DNA of 64,000 nucleotides from Magallana gigas (lineage: Eukaryota), in the NCBI RefSeq assembly GCF_963853765.1, contig NC_088857.1, forward strand, positions 29,698,001 through 29,762,000, given 5' to 3'. Positions 13,825 through 28,200 of this stretch are shown here, one piece after another. How positions within the stretch are numbered: the stretch's first letter is position 1; every line of letters begins with the position of its first letter. The notes under the pieces are model-generated. The model made no database searches and had not been told where the DNA came from. It saw only the letters and a list, made by a program, of their open reading frames with translations. The position numbers and the translations under genes were made by a program.

Positions 13825-16400
13825 CACTGTCTTCCAGTTGAGCCTGTGCCTCGCTGAGCTGTTTACACTGGAGCTGGAGGGCCTTGAACCTGTGTTCTGT
13901 CTCTGTGAGCTGGTTAAGGTGCTGCTCCGAGGACTGTACATGAAGCTGTAGTTTCCTCTCCTGCTCTTTCAGGTCTTTTTCCAGTGTGTATTTGACCACC
14001 TTTTAAAAATACATGTATTCACAAACAGTTATGTGTCTATTACCGAAAAGAACCCTTTTTTGTACTGATGAAACCATTTTTTATCTCTTTTTTTCCAATT
14101 AGACTAATTTCTCCTTTAATTTAATTAGATTAAAGAAAAACTTTTAATAAATCAAAGAAAAATTCAACACTCTAAAATTGTAAACTGTATAAAAAGTACC
14201 GGTACTGGGATGACAAACATACACAATGAATCTTACCTAGAGAACATATAACCAAACCCGGCCTACATACCTCTAAGTTCCTTATTTCATCTTTTAGTCC
14301 ATTTATTTCTTTCTCAGTACAGTCTTTGAAGACCTTTTGTTGCTTCTGTCAGAACACATGTAAAGGCATTCAAAAAATAAATCAAAAAGAATTCTACATA
14401 TTCATGGCATATTTCTGTACATTTCAGGATTTAGTTTAAAAGCAGGAGCTTAAAATGTTTGCAAAAATAAAAATTCCCTACATAGTCAGTGCAAACCAAT
14501 ATTTGAAATGAGCATTAAATTTTCAAATTTTGGCCTATTGAATTGAAAATTACATGTCAGAGAGTCACTCAGTGTCCATTTCAGTGTAAAGCAAATGGTT
14601 CTTTACAGACATTAACTGGGCAACCAATTCAACAAATTACTCCAACATCTTAAACTTCTTGGCAAAATGGGGGAGGCAGGAAGAAGTTGTTTAAAATTAA
14701 TTGATAAATTTCAAAATAAATTCTTATATCAAACCAATTGCTCCTCTGTCTGTGACAACCTCTCCCTGCACTTCCTGTCTGCATCTTGTATCTGCTTTTG
14801 GAATTGCTCTTTTGATTCATTTAATTTCTGTGTCTCTGCCTCCTGTAAAAGTTGGCATTGTGTTAAAAGGGGAATAACTCTTCTTTATTTTTTTTTTCAA
14901 TTTCAAGTTTTGATCAATTTGATAATGAATGAATAAATAAACTTAATATGCCTAGAATATAATTGTAATTCATTTATTGATAAATCATACAAAAAGGATT
15001 TAAAGCTGATGAGGTACAATTTCCTGTACATTACTTACACATTTTCTACTTAAATCATACTTTTCTTGGTCCGCCTTCTTGATTCTCTCCTCATTTTCTT
15101 TATCATTTATCTGTACAAAAAATATACATTTTTATCTCACCACTCTTCAAACGTAAATCATTATGCAAATGAAAATTAGACTTCACTTTCCAGGATGTAA
15201 AAGTCACCCATATCTCTCTTTTTAAAATATGTCAAAAACACAAATCATAGTTCTCAAAGAAATATTTTCCATGATCTATATAGGTGCAAAAATTTATACA
15301 TGCATGCACAGATATGTGCAGATCTAGACAGAAGTCTGGACCCTCTCTGGAAAATTTACATTTCTTAAAGCTGCACTGTCTGATTTTTTTGCTAATAGAA
15401 TACAAATACTTTTCCATACAAACCAATTATCTTATTATATAATAAGAACGTTATAGACTTTTGCATATTTACACTAGCAGCATCGGTCTCCTTTCAAAGT
15501 TAGTAATATTTAAAGTAAATATCATAATATAATTTCTTTATGGGAACACGCGTACTAAAAAAATACCAAATGCATCATGGGCATATTTAGAAAAAGGGAA
15601 CCTTTTGGTTTTGTCTCTCAAATAATTGAGTTTATTCAACCCCCATATATATAATATGCATTGGTTCGAAACAAATTGAACCTCAGCAAGATATATAGTG
15701 ATAAAATGTACACATGTTTAATTTTCATTTGCCAAAACATTATGACCTTTATTCATACATGTAGCAATGTCAAAGTTGTAATACAATCATACCCCTCTAA
15801 AAGTGGGGAGAGAATTTCAATATACTGTAGGGCGAAATATTTGGTACTCATGCATTTATGTTAGGTTTGCTTTGTAAACAAATTTTGTATATCTCTGATT
15901 CCTCATTAAAATATGGCTTAACTGACCAGGAAAACTACCACAATGTCCATTAAATTACTATACACATACTCAGCATAACTGTCATTTTTCTGGATCCACA
16001 GATGACAAAGTTCTTTATTTAAATTGGTATTATATATGCATTTTGCAAATATCAAGCACTTACTCTTCGCATCTTAAGTTCTTCCAAGATTTCCATAAGG
16101 TTGTTCTTTAATCTGAGACATTCTACTGCACTCGGATGATTTCCATCACTTCCATTATTATAAGTTGATGAAATTTTCTGTTTGTCTGCAAAAAGTTATT
16201 CACAAGCCGTTCACAGTTCATTTTTTGACAAGGAAATATGTTTGCTAGATTTTGATTTGTTTCACGAAAAAAAAAATAAAGGTTATGGTTCGATAAAACA
16301 ATTTTTGTACAAATATTGACAATGTCAATTCAACAAACTTAAACTATATACCTTCTTGTTGTTGGCTATCCCCATCACATGTGACCGTCTTTTCCTCCAT
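13825..16400 (-). CDS. CCDC73: Coiled-coil domain-containing protein 73-like (5' six coding exons; 3' end unresolved)
   Basis: Exons 16400-16352, 16185-16064, 15110-15039, 14842-14735, 14345-14271 and 13999-13825 have canonical, phase-consistent sites. Peptides LKNNLMEILEELKMRR, EKEINGLKDEIRNLE and VVKYTLEKDLKEQERKLQLHV match the vertebrate CCDC73 N-terminus as I recall it ([44 protein letters not shown]). Confidence 0.75.
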
Positions 16401-16525
16401 TTTCTGATCGACTTCTCATTTAAAATTGAAGAAACATTGAAATATTCAAACCCGCATTTCTGATTTTGAATGCAAATTGTAAAATTAAATACACCTATTT
16501 AATCATTTTCAACTTCGTTTGTCAT

Positions 16526-16790
16526 CGTAGCTAAAGATTTGACATTTCCCGCGAGACACTCTTTTGCTGAGAGGGTCGTACATCAAACTATTCGACATAA
16601 AAATATATTTGAAATATTAATTTTTTTTTTACCAAATTAAGATTAATAATCTAATCATCAAATGTCACTATTGATACTACATACAAATTATAAACGACAA
16701 AAGTAAACATTTTTGTGTACAATTTAACAAACGTTGAAGTGTTTCCGGTTGATACTTTGCCAGCTGAAATATTGCACAACAAGAAGGTAA
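16526..16790. promoter_or_regulatory. Probable bidirectional promoter between CCDC73-like (-) and RIOK3 (+)
   Basis: The start codons diverge about 660 bp apart (16400 and 17062). There is an E2F-type TTTCCCGC at 16545-16552 and a likely non-coding RIOK3 exon ending aagaag|gtaata near 16787. Confidence 0.5.
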
Positions 16791-17061
16791 TAATCTTTTT
16801 CAGTCAGTGACGTTTTAAGCTATTTTTGAATTTCAAAGCTTGTATATATACTACAATATGAACTACCACGTTGTTTTTAACAGTCTTACAAAATTGAACA
16901 GAAAATACGTTTGTCTAAACGACTAAAGTCACTTTGCCAATATTGAGAAAAAATTATCTAAACCGACAAAAGATAACAGATTGAATATACTAATGGAAGG
17001 TTGTGAATTTGATTGCACATTTAGTAATCGTTTATTTTCAAGTTGCAACTCCCCAAGAAAT

Positions 17062-20000
17062 ATGTCAACCCCCTGGGGGAAAACTCAGGCAGCACCTGTG
17101 ATGCCATGTTCACTACAAGATGTGATGAGTGAACAGCTTGCAACTGAACTACAACACCAAGAAGAAAAAGAAAGGTAGGCAGTGCATGATGAAGAGTTTT
17201 GCTGCATTCATCAATATTCAATTTTTTAAAGTGATGTAAGAACTAATGTAATGGGAAAGATTATCTTTTGTTATAAATTTTGGTGTTTTTTCTCAAAATC
17301 CTAAAATGGGCCAAAATGATTCAAATATAGGGGTCCTCATGATTCCTGATCTGGTCCCAAACTCTTAACAGCAAAATTTCCTATCATTATGTAACATAGA
17401 TAAATTTGTGTCATTCAGTTTAAATGCGGGGGAAACAAGAACTTTTCAAGAAATCTTGGCCGCAGCTTCAGAAAATTCTGCAGAGACCACAGATGACTGG
17501 CTCCTGGCTCAGATGTTACAACAGGAGTTTGACCGGGAACATGACCAGGCACTAAAGAAGGAGGAAAAGAAATTCAATGGAAACAATAAAGGTTCCATTT
17601 ATAACCTATATAGCCTTAGTTAATAATTTCCAAGCCAATGTACATGTATACTCTATTCCTCATTGCTAATATCAATTAATACAAGTTCTACATTACTAAC
17701 CCAATTCTAATGAGAAAAAGAAGACTTGATTGGGAAATCACATAGATGTACTAATGACAAGAAAATGAAATATTCCAAGTAAAAAATGTATATGATGTTA
17801 ATCTGATAATGTTTTGATATTTTCCAATTCATGTACATTTGTATAATTGTTCTGAAAATCCAATGTCCAGGCATCATTACCGTATGTGTTAACAGTCTAG
17901 CATTATCAGTGGGAGTTCTTTTCCGAACAATTCAAATTTTTTTGACAAAAATTCCCTCCTTTGAAAGCACTTGCATAAAAAAAAATCGCTAGCAAGGTTT
18001 TGCTTGTTCGAAATAATCTGTTTATGCATGAAATTCATGTTACTGAAATGCTTTTTTCATTTACTCCTTGCAGTGTCAATTTCATTTGAAAACTACAGAG
18101 CTGTTCATCCAGCATACAGAGACGATGAGGAGGAGGACGAGGAAGTAGACCAAGATGAAATGGAGAATAGGAAGAGCGCATGGGGTACTTCAGTCTTCAT
18201 CCTCATTTGTCCTCTTATCAAAGCATACTGCATATTATTTTCCTTCTTTTTTTGGTCTTAATTACTTCCCTTATTTTATCAGTTGATCATATGATGGGGG
18301 AACTATTTTTTTTAATTTGATAGTTTAGACTTTTCTTTTTTGATAACAGAAATAATTTGATTTGATTTGTGCAAATACCCCGGTATACATTGACATAAAT
18401 GGATTAGGCAGCAGGCAATGCCTATGTAAGCCTTCTCCATGAAACAGAAATACCGGTAATTGATTACGCACTAGTATGTTAGATGTAACTCATCATCTCT
18501 CAAGATTACAACAAAAAATATAAAATTTCAGGTTGGTTAAGAGCCCTATATGACTCCCTTAAGCAGTCATTTAGTATGGTTAAGTGACATATATGCAGTC
18601 AATTAGTTTATCAAGTTTGAGACACAATTTAAATTGAAATGTAAAATACTTGCCCTGTACAAGTTGGATGTACATGAGAATAAAACTATATTGTTGTATT
18701 TTGATTAATTACAGACAGCCCTAGTCCAAAGTTTAACAAAAGTGGAGTGTCGGGGAAAGGGAAAAATATCACCACTAAACATGATGCTGTGATATGTGGC
18801 AGGAGAAATGCTTCCAAAATAATGGATGTATGTACACAAAAGCTGCAAGCATATATTTCTGTCTTGATAAACTTGCCATCAGAATTCAATTAGTCAAATT
18901 TGACCATGCCCAAAAGATCAATGATAAAATGCTTACTCTCTTGTACAGTTCGGTCCAGAATTTCAGTCTGGTGATGGTGAGGGCATCGACATGAAGCTGT
19001 CAAATAAAGTCTACAACAGACTGAAGATGCACTCCCTTTCAGAGACAAAGAGAAGTCAACGGTTACACGAAAAGAAGGAGTTCTCAACCAGTGTAAGTTT
19101 ACATATATCTTGAACGATATTGGAATCCCCGGATCTTTTGTACACAATCTGTAGTAGTTGTGTGCAAATTGTGCTATACATGTATATGGAAGTGTTTCCT
19201 TTATTGTTTTTTTTTAAACTAAAACAATAATATTAAGAATTTATTTCTTGAAGTTTATCTCAATTATATTCACTAGCAACCCCCAAAAAATAAACCTGAC
19301 CTAATCAAAAACAGAATCATTACAATAGTTATTCGTCAAATATGTTTTAAAAAAAACAAATCCAAAACTTCAGAGTTTTAATGAGCTAATGATTTTTCCT
19401 ATTACAGGAACATGTACTGGACCCTCGCACCAAACTGCTGCTGTATAAGATGGTAAATAATGAGACACTGGAGTCAGTGGGGGGAAGCATCAGTTCCGGG
19501 AAGGAGTCCGTCATCTACCATGCATATGGAGGAAGGTTTGTCTATGCCCATTAGTATACTCTCTATTGAATGATGTAGTATTGCAAAATGATTTTTAAAT
19601 GGTTAATGGATAAAAAAAACACCGACCAGGAATTTAAGCTTAATGGTTATCGTCCAATTCATATGAATGTTTGATGTTACCTAAAAATAAAAAAAAAGTG
19701 AAGAAATGTAGATTTTTCATCTTTAAAGTTAGTGTAGATATTATTTTTTTATAAACAAGATAAAAAAGATTGCCTGCCATTTTCAATGGATAAAGCTTAA
19801 AAAATTCAAATTTGTTTTATGTACAAGGATTTGATACTGAAGGAATTTTGATATCTGAAATATTTTCATTACAGCAAAGAAGGGGTGCTCCTGTCTCATG
19901 AATGTGCAATAAAGATCTACAAGACCACGCTGAACGAGTTCAAGAACCGGGGGGCCTACGTGGACGGCGATCACAGGTTCTCCAGGGACGAGTTCAAGAA

Positions 20001-22051
20001 GAACAACCCCAGGAAGGTGATCCGCATCTGGGGAGAGAAGGAGACAGCCAATCTCAACAGGTCAGCTGGATTTTTTTTATCATAAATATAACGATTTAGA
20101 GAAAAAATACATTGAATTGTAATATTCAAGCATTGAACTCTCTTTCATGAGCTTGTTTTTGCAAAGAAGATATTTTAACCCAATTTCATTAGAAAAAGAA
20201 AATGTAGGAAACTTTTAAAAAAAGGGGGGGAAAGGGTACTGTAAACTCCTTATTTACGTGAGTACTTAATTCTGTGATCTCGCCGTTTGGTATCAGATTG
20301 CTAGAATATAAAATCATGTATGCAGACCTTTTCTCCTTATTTCTTATAGTTCTCAACTCTCAGAAAATAATGGCTAGGTTTTAAAATCCGCAAAGGGTGC
20401 TTCTTGCGATTTTATGCAGATATTAATTCCTTACGTTTAATTAGGAATCTACAGTAGTTTCCCTTTTCCCTCATTGCATGTCAAAAAACTCACATACCTA
20501 AGTTCATGTAGAAAGTTAATGATTTAGATTGTTTTTTGTGTGAGTAAATAATGTTTGGTGCCAACTTATTGTCTGAGTACAATTATTTTCAATTTCGACA
20601 TTAAAAAGGTAGTTATAACATTATGATTATCTTTTGATATTAAAATAGGATGAAGAAGTTTGGGATCCCTTGTCCTGCAGTACAGGTCCTCAACAAACAT
20701 GTGCTAGTGATGAGTTTCATTGGTAAAGATCAAATCCCAGCTCCTAAACTAAAGAATGCCCATCTGTCTGTGGAAGATCTAGAAGATGCATATGAACAGG
20801 TTGTCAAGGTGAGACTGCATTTTGAGGTCATAAAATGTGCTTGAATTTCTTTTTCTTGTGTACTTAGTAGCATCTTGTCAAATAATTTGGAATGTAAGGC
20901 ATTCTATTCAATATCAGAGGTCACCAGTTTAGTTGTCAATGTTTAATAACTTAAGGAGAACACTATGTTGTCTTATTTTAAAGTACTATATAAATGAAAA
21001 TATTTTTTTTACTTGATGGAGGTCTATCTGCAATACCTGTCTTCTCAAATAGGGGTGATTGCCTAATTGAAATATCATAACAGATACCCGCAGTATAATA
21101 TTTTGGCCAATGATTCAAAATTCGAAAAACTCTACAACCTCTTTGTGACCAATATTTTTACATTATTTATAATTACCGGTACCAAAACTGAAAAAAGAGA
21201 AAAAGGAAGAAAAATCTACTTCATCTTCTGATTCAATTTGCAGATAATGGATACCATGCAGAATAAGTGTGCCCTGGTCCATGGCGACCTGAGCGAGTAC
21301 AACTTGCTTTGGTTCGAGGATAAAGTGTGGGTCATCGACGTCAGCCAATCAGTGGAGCTCACACATCCCAAGGCAATGGAGTTCTTGTTCAGAGACTGCT
21401 ACAATGTGTGCAAGGTACATTTTACTGACTACTTAGTGAAAACATTAGAACATAGTGTACATATAGTGACCTTATCTACCAAAACCCTCTTCATAGATTT
21501 TTTACATGCATAAAAAGCACATCTGTGCTGTAAATCTTTGTAACCAAAAAACTATGCACTTTCCAAAGAATAAAGCTAGAGTGTTGTGTTTAAATAGTTT
21601 TTTTTTCCTTTCATTGCAGTTCTTCAAGAAGGCAGGAGTACACAATGTCAAAGAACCAGAGAAACTGTTCAACCAAATCACTGGACTCAACATCAAGGGG
21701 AAAGGTGCAGAATTTGCTGCACAGGTGCAGAGGTATGACAAGGAAAGGAGTGCCGAATTACTGGCCCACCAAATCACCATGAAGGAATACGCATTCGATT
21801 ACTACTTCGAGAAGTCCCAGCAGGATCGACTGCTGGAAGAGCAAGAAGAAGAAGGGGAGGATCTAGGAGAGGTGTTGGAGGAACGAAACGACCCGTTTGA
21901 ATATTTCTATGAGAAGTCATTACAGGATAAGGCTGACAGAGAGGAGGAGGCGGAGAATTCCTCAGAGAACGAGGAGGATGATGATGAGGATATTGAGGAG
22001 GAGCTGAAGAAAGCAGATGAGAGAACGATGGACAGAATAAAATTGGGATAG
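17062..22051 (+). CDS. RIOK3: Serine/threonine-protein kinase RIO3
   Basis: Ten coding exons: 17062-17174, 17419-17591, 18074-18184, 18715-18827, 18949-19092, 19408-19535, 19875-20060, 20649-20808, 21244-21414, 21620-22051. RIO3 N-terminal motifs (PWG, SLQDVMSEQLA, DWLLAQMLQQEFD, TKHDAVICGRRNA) and RIO kinase motifs (SGKESVIYHA, AIKIYKT, LVHGDLSEYNLL, IDVSQSV). Confidence 0.95.
20239..20454. mobile_element. Tc1/mariner-type MITE in a RIOK3 intron
   Basis: Imperfect TIR ctgtaaactccttatt / aattaggaatctacag with TA on both sides. Confidence 0.6.
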
Positions 22052-25000
22052 TAAATGTTACAGGGAAAGGGGGTGGGGTTGTTTTGTTTGTTGTCCTTAT
22101 TGAAACTGCCAAATTTCAGTATCAGTTGATTTATACTAATATTCTGTGGAGGGACCCACAGGATTATTGCTCTAAAGAGAAATCCTGTGGGTTCCAGTGG
22201 TGACATTACATGATGATGATGTATCAGTGTACTGATAATTTTTTTTGGTGAAGTCTGACTATAAAGCAGGCTTTTTATTTATTCCAATTAATAGAACTGA
22301 TGTGATCAGCATAATGAATTCAAAGTAGAATATTTTTTATAAATCTAAGAGATGAAATTGAACTGTTTATTTTTGTTTATTTTGATATTGTCATTTTATT
22401 TTATTAAAAGATCAATTAACCAAAGTAAGTTTCCATTTATTTATTATTTTGTATGAAATAGCATTGTTACTTATAAATCTCAATATTTTCACTCGTTTAT
22501 GACCTGATGGCACGGTGTTTAAATATGGAACTTCTTTCACTATAAAACAGATGATCAATATTTTTATTGCTGGTACAAATCTCTATATAATGTAGAGTCG
22601 AGGCTCTGAAGACATAAAATAACACAGTAGATTCCTTATTTTATTTAAAACCTTTGATAGCTAGAGTTATCACGATTTTTTGCAAGTATTAATTCCCTTG
22701 ATTAAGAATATACTATAGTATTTAATGTTGGTTAAGTATCTGACTTTGGTATGATGAATGAAAAAAAAATCCTTGCGTGGCAGAGGTCAATCTTCTAGAA
22801 TTCATAAAACATATGTGGTCACAATCCAGGACTCATTTTATGGGTCCTCCACACCTTTATGAAAAGTTATCTCAAATTAACACAGACTGGTATTTTCATA
22901 GAAAATATAATATTCTGGTGTGTACGTATTTTGAAAAAGAAAGGATAGTAATTAATTGAGAAAATTAATAAGATATATATTTTCCTAACTGTTTTGCACA
23001 TCCTGTCAGCAAAGGTACCTGCTGGGTTCAAACTTGGGATCAAGGCTCAGTACTTAGTCTAGTAGTCCAAGCTTTATACACTGATTTCCAAAGATAGTAC
23101 CTATATAAATAATTTTACAAGACTAAGTAAATCCCCATATGTGACAAACAGTTATAAAAAGTGAAAGTTATTGAGTGTTTATGTACTTAATACTGTAAAT
23201 ATATTATATTTGGTTGTGTATTATATTTGGCAATTTTTGGCAGAGAGCCGCTTCAGATTAAGCAAGTGCATCACTAATGCCATTCATATACCGGTATGTA
23301 AAAGAACAGGTACGTTTAGAAATACGCTTACTGGTATTTAAATCCATGCAAGCTTGTTAACAATTGTTATAAAAAATCATATTCTCCAAATATCATAGCA
23401 TTACACACTATATATACTACATTTACAGTACATATATATACTATTATACTGGACTGGTGTTCAGTAACAGCCAATTACGAGGTTATAATGTGATTAAAAA
23501 TTATGCAAGAACGTGGATACAGCAAAATCATTTTTACAAAATTTATGAAATACCCAGATCTGCATGTTTCCTTGCTAAATATTAATGATATGTTGTCACC
23601 TATTCAGATAAATTCCTTTACCTATTACCTTTAACATGCAAACAGGAAGGAATGTTCAAAGGAAGTCAAAATGGATTGTTAACCTTTTATGTTTAATATT
23701 GACAAACAAAATATTATTAAAGTAGGGAAATCATTGAGTCTGTTTTTATTTTAATCTCTAAGTTGTGTAAAATAAGGGGTCTAGGTTGACCTCTGAAATA
23801 AAATTATACGACAAACAATGAAATTAAGTTGTAAAGTACTTGCTTGAGCCAGGTAGATTTTGCATTTTATTGCTTTTTAATGTCGCACCATTATTTGTCG
23901 TTACTGTTGTACCAGGCAGCTGAGTCTAACAATCAGTTTGCTGACACATGCTTAGGAATAAATCTGGTATGATAAAATCACTTGGTAGCTAGGTCCAATT
24001 GTCATAAAAAATGATCTTAAATATCATGTGACTGTGAAGTTTGAGGATTTACACATCGAAGTTAAATTCTGCAATCACTAAATATTTCTTGAATAACGAT
24101 AATTTACATGTATGAAGTTTATATTATAAAATCACCATGTGTCCTTCCAAATATTTAAAACATAATTTCCGTAAATTTTTCAATTACTGACTTAGGTATT
24201 ATAATGATATAAATGTACATTGTAATTTCTGAAAAACATAAAGGTAAGTTGATAAGAAAATTATGTAGCAGGTATTTTCAAAGCAAGGTTTTCATTCAAT
24301 GCAGTACGGTACCGTTAATTTGATTGGGAGTGATATATATAATCTCTCAGTTTATGCAACACATGACATTCAATTTTGAATTCACAGTTCAGACCTAATC
24401 AAAATATTATTACAACCTTGACAATAAATGGGTTATCAAAGATGTCCCATGACACGATAAACTATGTGACCTGGACATAAATTTGCCTGCACACATGACC
24501 ATTTTATCAGTGCATGTATCTCAATGCAGACTGATATATTTGATGTAACAATGCAAGGACCTTGAGATAAAATTCAACCTTTGTAGCATACTGGTTAAAG
24601 ATACAGCCCTTTATATGTTGCACTAAGACTTCTATGTCATAGGACCATCCATCAGATGATCATATAAACAAGTCCCATCAAAGTTCATTGAAATAATGGG
24701 AAAATTCTAGAGTGTCAAACAAAAGGTATAGAGAAAATTTTTGTTTGCGATCGAATTTCTACAAAAGCATACATGAACATTGTACGGCTAAAACTTGCAT
24801 TAATTATCAATAAGCAATTTAACTAACATTCATGTTTATAGATTGGTTAAAAAGGTAAGACAATATACTGCTACTAAACCAGTCCTTTTTGTTTTTTCAT
24901 TTATGGAAGCTAGAGGATCATTTTCCCCATTTTATAGTGCTCTCAAATTGATTTTTCCAAAAGTGTTGCCATGAAAAGACTATAATTTCTATTCATATTA

Positions 25001-25251
25001 TCATAAATTGTTAAACATGCATAAACTCTCAATTTTATTTAATATTTCAAATACAAATTGTATCAAAGTATCAAATATCACACTTGGAAAATATACATTA
25101 CATATATGTAATATCATAAATCTAACAGTCTGTGAAAAAAAAAAACTTTTGGAAAGCAAAATACGTCTGAAATTTCATTTCAATAAATCTCATGGTAATG
25201 TTAGGTTGAGCACTTTAGTGGGTTTTCTTAGTCAGTGTTTTTTTTATATTT

Positions 25252-28200
25252 TTAACTGAGTTTGGGCTCTCCAGCACTGATCTGGGACTCGATTCCACAT
25301 TCATCTTGTCCTCTTAAGATCTTGAAGAAACCTGCGAAAGCAAAAAAAAATTAATGATAAGTTTTCCAATGTTTGATCATTCCACAATATTACCAAATAC
25401 ATCCGTTACTACCCTAAAAATGTAATATGTTCTTCATACATTATATATAGGTTCAAATTTCTAAGTTTCAACATCAAAGGACATATACATTACATTAACT
25501 AGATATATATTAAAAAGTATCAAACATTGCAGAGGATTGAACATCGACATTCCAATCCACAGAAATCGCAGATTCAATCTCTCTGCATATTTAAGACTGA
25601 CTTCAGTTTGGAAAAAAAATTCTTACACCTTTTTCAATTTATAGGTGATTCCCGGTAAAATTGTGTTCTGTCTGAACCGGGCTTTGAATGAAGCGGGACC
25701 TACCTTGATCTCCCCAGTCGGGGTTCCAGGAGTTGGCCACCAGCCAGTAATCATCTCCGTTCTCAGTTCCCCACCCGAGGATCTTGATAGCATGACCTCC
25801 TAAGGGCTGTCCAGTAGTATGCTTGTATACACCTAAACAAAATGAAAAAACTAATATTTACTATGTTTTATCTTCATTTTTATTGATATACTAGATACAT
25901 GTTTAGAAAAACACAACCTACAGAGAAAAAAAAATCAGCTTTTTAAAAATTCTTATTTAGTACAGTACAGTAAAACACGCTTATAATGAAGTCCCAGGGA
26001 TGGCCAATTTAACTTCGTTATAAGCGTAATTCGTTATATCCGTCAAGTTTGCAACATGAAATAGAGACTTGGGGAATGAAATTCACTTCGCTGTAAGCAT
26101 CAATTCATTATAAGCGTGTTCGCTATAACCGTGTTTTACTGTAATATGGTTAAGGTACATACATGTATATACATTTTTAAAGAATTTTTAAATTAGAAGA
26201 GTACTTTGGGTATTAATGGAAATTGTACAAGAATTTCTCACCAGATTTGTATTGTGGGAAGTCAGCGTAGACTGTGAAAGCACCTTCCACTGGGCCATTG
26301 GTCATGATCTCTGTCATAATTTTCTCTACACCATGTACACTGTAGGCAGAACTTCCTGAAAAAGAAAACCAACATACACTAATTTGCTAGCTCCTAAACA
26401 CCTTAACATTTTCCGTTCTATCGGTAATTAGGTTTTTGCGGTCATATTATGAAGATCGCGGAGATATGTTTTCAATATTTTCATGGAAATATCCTTGTTC
26501 TGTTTCATTTTTTTTTCAATTAAAATGTACTGTTGTGCAAGATCAGGGTAATCTTTCAAAATCAATTGATATCCTAGTGGCAAATATAGAAAATAATGTT
26601 ATTTTTGTCCCTTTTATTTGTAACATCAAGCAAAGCCCTTTGTGACCTGACTTACCATAGTGTTTGTCCTTCTCATAGGTGACATTGTAACCTGTTTCAC
26701 AGGTGTGTTTACATTTAGGAGTGGGTCCGATGCTCTTACTGCATGGCTGGAGTTTTCCTACCACATGGTGGTCACAGGCCTTGATTGTGTAAGGTAGACA
26801 TCCCTGTTAACAAAGCATAATGTATATAAGAGACAATTTGCAGAAAAATGCAGGCTTATACCCAAATAAGTAATTTTTTTCTTTACACAAAAAGCATCAG
26901 GAAAGAATTTTATGAGAGAGAGAGAGGGAGAGAGAGAGAGAAATATGTACATTTTTTATTACACTAATGTGACCTCTACCATATGCAATAAAGGAGTGAC
27001 TTTTAATTAGATAGACCCAGGGTATATAATAAAGAAGCGGTTGAGAACTGACCTGATGTGAGTTGTACTGTCCCCCGGTAACCAGACCATCTTTCTTATA
27101 GTAACTCCAGGCAGCGGATGGGAAACCTCCCTCACACCTACAGTCAAGAAGAGTAACACATTTAATACTGCATTGAAATAATAATAATTGTAAAATAGAC
27201 ACTGAATTTTGTGCTGAAGTTGGACTCCTTTTGTTAAAAGAGAATGTCCTCTTTAAATCAAATTCTGAAGTGTATGCACTCCCAACATCACACCTTCCAA
27301 ATGCTACCAATTTTAGTTTTATATTATTTTAAAGCGCTATGCATAGCTCAGCGCTTTATTGTCGTTAGACTTCTACTTCCAGTGCATCGAATAACTGCCC
27401 CCTACGAGCAGAAGTGTACATCATTTAAACTGGTTAGGGAACCAGTTTCAGGGGTTTATGCAGATAACTGCATGGGCTATTGTGAATCTAATGTACGGGG
27501 TATTGTGAATTTAATGTAGGGGGGCTTACATACATCATTGCAGGGGCTGCCACGCAGTGATGAGGAAATATACAAAAGCTGAAATGTTATATACATATAT
27601 CTGTTATATACATACAGAAGCTGGGTTAACACTTTTCAGTACTATCAGTACTTTGATTTTTCAAAGGTTTACAGCTCCTGGACATAAGGTTCGATATGGC
27701 TACATTAACAAATTTTAGAAGCATTTGGCAATCAAATATCTTTTTTTTTTCCCTACCATTGGAGATTCAATAAAAACATAAGGAAATCTTTTTTAAAGTG
27801 CAAAATGGGAAATATGTATGTGCAAATGAGGAAAAAAATGCCCCACATAAACAAATACATGTATTTTATTCATATTGATCACATTTACATGAGTCACATA
27901 GGGAAGCAATAGAGTGAATGCCCTGGGGACACATGTCAATCACTTTTTCAGGAAGCACTACTAAGATTCTGTTAGATGTAATTAATTAAACCACTGCCAC
28001 ATCTCTTATGAACCGAAAGTTTAAAAGTTGTTGCAATTAGTATTCTGTCTAAAAAATCTACATGTATATATATCAATCAAGTGCAACAAAAAAAATCCAG
28101 GTATCTATTGATGACAAAGTTTAAGACTTGTTAACTATTCCTCAGCATTATCCACCTACCCATTTCCACAGGTTCTGCAGCAAGATGTCAGATCCTCGGC

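Noticed and set aside
16460-16494. Intron between the uORF exon and the CCDC73 start exon
   Set aside because: It would be only 35 nt, too short for a typical spliceosomal intron.
21774-22206. Minus-strand ORFs of 112 and 99 aa
   Set aside because: Antisense shadows of the low-complexity last RIOK3 exon.
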